Sequence record: MZ475891.1
Reading direction: 5' to 3' (one strand)
DNA: 64,000 nucleotides
The translations under genes were made by a program, and so were the position numbers. The notes below the pieces were generated by a model that saw only the letters and a list, made by a program, of their open reading frames with translations, was not told the DNA's origin and ran no database searches. Positions 62,729-64,000 of the stretch are shown one piece after another. How positions within the stretch are numbered: position 1 is the first letter of the stretch; each line of letters opens with the position of its first letter.

Positions 62729-63901
62729 TTAGGCGCCTGAAGTTGGAGCTGGGTCTGCCGCTTTGTAGCCACGCAGGAAGAAGACACGCATACCGGTGTT
62801 GTTCGGACTGTTAGCAGTCAGAGCTTTATAGGTACGCTTCTTCGGCGTAGTGCCATCGCTTTCCATCTCGTTGTACACCTGCACGTCGAGGTCGGTACCG
62901 TTCGATACAACGTCAGCAGACGCGTAACCAACAATGTCCATCTCGTACGGGTAGCTGTAGCGCTGCGTGTTGAAGCCAGCAGGCAGACGGAAGTCGAAGT
63001 GGTTATCCTCAGAGAATGGAACCATCTGATATGGGTTGATAACCGCAGAGCAGTCAGCGCTGTGCAGATGCGCAGGAGCTGGAGCAGTCGGCGCATTCAC
63101 ATCAGATTCACGCACGGTAAAGCGCATGAGCTGGTACGAACCTGGGCTGTACGTGATAGGACGCACTTCGGTGTTGTTATCCGCAGCGCCACCACCGTTA
63201 ACGGTGAACATACAGAACAGAGGAGCTTTACCATCAACAACCACAGTACCATCGCTGTTGATAGCACGCTGAACAACGAACCACGCTGCACGGCAACCAT
63301 CAGAGTCATGGCCTTCTGCCTGAATGTGAACAGCGAAGCCGTGCTCAGTCAGAGAGATGTGGTAAGTGAACGGCGTAGCTTCTGGGTCAGCGAAGATCAG
63401 ACTGTCTGGGTTAGTCTGAGTTGGCGTGGTAACGTTCTGTGGGAACGCCATAGTGCCGCTGTAGTACACGCTGTTTTGGTTAGCACCAGCAATACCACGA
63501 TGCCAGAAGCATACTTCGGTATCACCAGTTGCACCCTGAGTACCAGTGAAGCGAGCACCAATCTGACCTGAATACTCAGGCATAGAGTTGGAGGTGGTAC
63601 CAGTAGTGCCTGTCTTAGACACAGTGCCCGTGTCAGAGATCTGCGTAGGCGAAGCAACATAAAGCTGCGTGCGCTTATCAGTTCCCTTCATGGCCACACG
63701 CCATTTCTGCGTAGCAGCCAGCGGATCAATGGTATCAGTCGCTTCGATTACGAAGGACGACAGGTCGGTAGAAGGCACAGTGGTTGCTGCCGTACCGTTG
63801 AAGCTGATCAGCTTAAAGCCATTAGCCAACAAATCATTCAGAATGTCTTTCCACATCTTCAGGTTGTTGGTGTAGCCTGATTTAACAATCAGTTTGTTCA
63901 T
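62729..63901 (-). CDS. Virion structural protein
   Basis: 390 aa, Thr/Gly/Ala-rich, highly biased codon usage, followed by a terminator. Confidence 0.65.
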   Translation of the reverse strand: MNKLIVKSGYTNNLKMWKDILNDLLANGFKLISFNGTAATTVPSTDLSSFVIEATDTIDPLAATQKWRVAMKGTDKRTQLYVASPTQISDTGTVSKTGTTGTTSNSMPEYSGQIGARFTGTQGATGDTEVCFWHRGIAGANQNSVYYSGTMAFPQNVTTPTQTNPDSLIFADPEATPFTYHISLTEHGFAVHIQAEGHDSDGCRAAWFVVQRAINSDGTVVVDGKAPLFCMFTVNGGGAADNNTEVRPITYSPGSYQLMRFTVRESDVNAPTAPAPAHLHSADCSAVINPYQMVPFSEDNHFDFRLPAGFNTQRYSYPYEMDIVGYASADVVSNGTDLDVQVYNEMESDGTTPKKRTYKALTANSPNNTGMRVFFLRGYKAADPAPTSGA

Positions 63902-63919
63902 GTTTCAAATCCCCTAAGA

Positions 63920-64000
63920 TTAAGCTGAATCGCCGGCAGCAACAGGAAGCATCAGACGCATACCACGGTTGTCTTTACCGTTAGCGTTCATACCCTGATA
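63920..64000 (-). CDS. C-terminal end of a paralog of 62729..63901 (partial)
   Basis: Manual translation YQGMNANGKDNRGMRLMLPVAAGDSA*, versus YKALTANSPNNTGMRVFFL in the downstream gene. Confidence 0.6.
   Translation of the reverse strand, partial: YQGMNANGKDNRGMRLMLPVAAGDSA

Noticed and set aside
1-64000. phiKZ-type nucleus shell, PhuZ tubulin or multisubunit RNA polymerase genes
   Set aside because: No such motifs in any ORF of this window; terminase and portal are also not evident here.

Overview
A 64-kb segment of a large (jumbo) contractile-tailed bacteriophage genome, essentially all coded on the minus strand. From high to low coordinates (the direction of transcription) it holds: virion proteins, an acidic protein and an NAD-dependent DNA ligase; the head module (GT2-TPR glycosyltransferase, prohead protease, HExxH metallopeptidase, Zn-ribbon/acidic scaffold candidate, decoration protein, major capsid protein); neck, sheath and two tube paralogs; hub chaperones and a tape-measure-like protein with a VgrG3-type muramidase domain; baseplate hub and spike; a small enzyme island (Nudix, MmcB-like nuclease, dTMP kinase); a ~1-kb hairpin-dense stretch without a credible long ORF; PAAR, gp25-like, J-like and wedge baseplate genes; and a long fibre/whisker locus (four collagen-like proteins, a Hint domain, an ILEI domain) interrupted by a periplasmic-binding-protein/membrane-protein cassette. 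The content recalls the 'hairy' Erwinia Y3/Yoloswag and Dickeya JA11 jumbo myophages related to PaBG/Lu11/RSL1 (inference from memory, not a database search). I saw no tRNA, rRNA, CRISPR array, transposase or reverse transcriptase. Best leads: (1) a candidate large structured ncRNA at ~25.1-26.1 kb; (2) a recurring S-[E/Q/I/L]-S-[A/S/G] motif plus a shared ~60-aa domain that may mark capsid-packaged proteins, possibly including the ligase and the Nudix enzyme; (3) a collagen fibre ending in an intein-like Hint domain, in a quartet of collagens with a Cys at an invariant register; (4) a phage-encoded periplasmic ligand-binding protein beside two membrane proteins; (5) a GCTAATTT late-promoter candidate. 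All family assignments are by eye from motifs; none was computed.
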